Below are positions 56,516-58,000 of a stretch of DNA of 58,000 bases, one piece after another. The notes beneath the pieces were generated by a model. It did not search any database and was not told where the DNA came from. It saw only the letters and a program-made list of their open reading frames with translations. Within the stretch, counting starts at the first letter, position 1; each line of letters opens with the position of its first letter. The position numbers and the translations under genes were made by a program. Source of the DNA: Verrucomicrobiales bacterium (GTDB taxonomy: Bacteria > Verrucomicrobiota > Verrucomicrobiia > Verrucomicrobiales > V1-33); assembly GCA_044239025.1 (NCBI GenBank), contig JBIICE010000002.1:1-58000 (forward strand), read 5' to 3'.

Positions 56516-57397
56516 ATGTACCGAAACCAATCTCCTCAGGCACGGCGGCCCGGCTGCCTCGGCATGCTCCTCAGCAACCCCCGCGTGCTCGCAGGCCTCG
56601 GCATGCTTGCCATCGGCTACTTCACCTACGTCGGTTCCACCCGACAGGAGGTGAACCCGTTCACCGGCGAAAAGGTCCGCATCAAACTCACCCCGGACCA
56701 GGAAGTGGCCATGGGCCTCCAGTCGGCTCCTCAGATGATGCGTGAGTTCGGTGGCGAATTCCGCGAGCCGGTCCTCGCGAACAAGATCAACGAAATCGGA
56801 GCCCGACTGCTCCAGGCCAAGAATCAGATCCTCCAGCGCCGCGGCGTCAAGGACTTCCATTACCCCTTCGAGTTCCACGTGCTCAATGACACGAAGACCA
56901 TCAACGCCTTCGCCCTCCCCGGAGGTCAGGTCTTCATTACCCTCGCCCTCCTCAAGCAGCTCCCCTCCGAAGATGCTGTCGCCGGCGTCCTCGGTCACGA
57001 GGTCGGTCACGTGCTCGCATGGCATTCCAACAAGCAGATGGCCAAAAGCAGCCTCCTCCAGAGCATCGCTGGCGCAGCCGCCGCAGCCACGGCCACGGAA
57101 CGCAGCAACGGAGCTGCCGTCGGCCAGATGATCGGTCAGCTCCTCCAGACCCGCTACGGACGCGAAGACGAATCGCAATCCGACCGCATCGGCGTCCAGC
57201 TCCTCATCGTGGCCGGATACAAACCGGAAGCCCTCCTCGATGTCATGAAGGTCCTCGGCCAGTCCATGGGCGGTGCCCGTCAGCCGGAAATCCTCAGCAC
57301 CCACCCGTTCCCGGAAACCCGCGCGAAACAGATCGACGTCTACATCAAGCACTTCAGCAACGACCCCTTCGGGACATGGACTCAGGGCTGGAACTGA
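56516..57397 (+). CDS. M48-family zinc metallopeptidase (membrane-anchored)
   Basis: HExxH motif in GVLGHEVGHVLAWH, with a downstream E/D-rich region (GREDESQSDRIG). N-terminal TM helix LAGLGMLAIGYFTYV. Starts 19 bp after ftsW. Confidence 0.88.
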   Translation: MYRNQSPQARRPGCLGMLLSNPRVLAGLGMLAIGYFTYVGSTRQEVNPFTGEKVRIKLTPDQEVAMGLQSAPQMMREFGGEFREPVLANKINEIGARLLQAKNQILQRRGVKDFHYPFEFHVLNDTKTINAFALPGGQVFITLALLKQLPSEDAVAGVLGHEVGHVLAWHSNKQMAKSSLLQSIAGAAAAATATERSNGAAVGQMIGQLLQTRYGREDESQSDRIGVQLLIVAGYKPEALLDVMKVLGQSMGGARQPEILSTHPFPETRAKQIDVYIKHFSNDPFGTWTQGWN

Positions 57398-57461
57398 AAG
57401 AGGTCTGACCGGCCCGGCGCCGGCCGGACCAACGCACCTTCAGACGCTGCCCGTGGCTGTC

Positions 57462-58000
57462 TCACAGGGATTCGCCGAGGATCCGGCGGAATTCCGCCAG
57501 TTCATCGACACCCGCACCGCGGCCGCTGAGGCTCCGCTCGATCCGTTCCACGAGACATCGGCCTACCCTCAGGCGCAGCCGACGCGTTAAGGTGGCGACA
57601 TCTCCCGCTGAACACCTCAGTTCGGTACCGATTTCCTGATAGGGTCGTGCGGGACCCGACCCGTCGAGCAGGGGGCGCAACGCCTGGAATTCCTTCTCCC
57701 GGCCCTTGCTCCGACACCATGCCTCCGTGTCGGCGAAGGCTGCCTCCAGCACGCTGTGCGCCCACCGAAGATCGTGCAGACGATCCGGGGCTGCCCCGTG
57801 CAAAAGGGGGCTGCCTTCCGCAATCACTTCATCGACCGCCGCTTCATGCCGTACCCCGCCGCCGCGCTTCTGCGCCTGCTTCGCCCGCACGTGCTTTCCC
57901 ACCAGATTCCCCAGCGTCGTCACCAGATACGACCGCAGTGATCCGCGCGACCGATCCAGTCGCTCCAGCCAGCCGCCACGCACCACACTCTCCCCGAAGA
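57462..58000 (-). CDS. ECF-type sigma-70 family RNA polymerase sigma factor, N-terminus beyond the right window edge
   Basis: Region-4 HTH PYQEIGTELRCSAGDVATLTRRLRLR, and a region-2/linker pattern RGSLRSYLVTTLGNLVGKHVRAKQAQKRGGG. The reading frame is still open at 58000. Confidence 0.75.
   Translation of the reverse strand, partial: FGESVVRGGWLERLDRSRGSLRSYLVTTLGNLVGKHVRAKQAQKRGGGVRHEAAVDEVIAEGSPLLHGAAPDRLHDLRWAHSVLEAAFADTEAWCRSKGREKEFQALRPLLDGSGPARPYQEIGTELRCSAGDVATLTRRLRLRVGRCLVERIERSLSGRGAGVDELAEFRRILGESL

Overview
This is a visibly GC-rich, gene-dense 58-kb chromosomal segment. It reads like core genome of a PVC-superphylum bacterium, most likely Verrucomicrobiota. The taxonomic hint comes from a PSCyt/DUF1549/DUF1553 protein, a CotH plus lamin-tail protein, a MoxR-DUF58-BatA block and many Pro-rich linkers. 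I call about 40 protein-coding genes. I saw no rRNA, tRNA, CRISPR array, transposase, integrase or prophage signature.

Gene order, left to right:
- PqaA-type hydrolase, then a secreted FAD-dependent oxidoreductase.
- LytS-type kinase and LytTR regulator, then a GlcF-like Fe-S protein.
- Three small or hypothetical genes and an orphan TolC-like protein.
- selB (minus strand).
- A CarH-type MerR/B12 photoreceptor-like regulator.
- A large CotH/LTD protein (minus strand) divergent from a lipoprotein with an SSDRSR tandem repeat.
- clpC and cobA-hemD (both minus strand), then metK.
- A DUF1553 protein, a SAF-domain dehydrogenase and a GT2 glycosyltransferase.
- A coiled-coil membrane protein, MoxR, DUF58 and BatA/VWA.
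- gcvP, then a Gfo/Idh/MocA oxidoreductase (minus strand).
- An ankyrin lipoprotein, an EamA transporter and uvrC.
- lptE and a bamD-like gene (both minus strand).
- An AT-rich leader followed by a dcw cluster: rsmH, ftsL-like, ftsI, murE, murF, mraY, murD, a LysM gene, ftsW.
- An M48 peptidase and a truncated ECF sigma factor (minus strand).

The candidate I rate highest for novelty is the CotH-family (atypical kinase) gene paired head-to-head, 23 bp apart, with a Ser/Arg tandem-repeat lipoprotein. This mirrors the Bacillus cotH/cotG kinase-substrate arrangement in a presumably non-sporulating bacterium.

Secondary leads:
- A CarH-type regulator with intact Wx9EH and His-ligand motifs next to selB.
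- A LysM bitopic protein embedded in the dcw operon with an FtsN-like layout.
- A dcw leader without mraZ that carries AT-rich inverted repeats.
- A coiled-coil protein heading the MoxR-DUF58-VWA block.

Limits: every call rests on motif and architecture recognition by eye, with no database search, alignment or folding. Several start codons are uncertain. Almost every gene is shadowed by a long antisense ORF, and I treat these as GC-composition artefacts.
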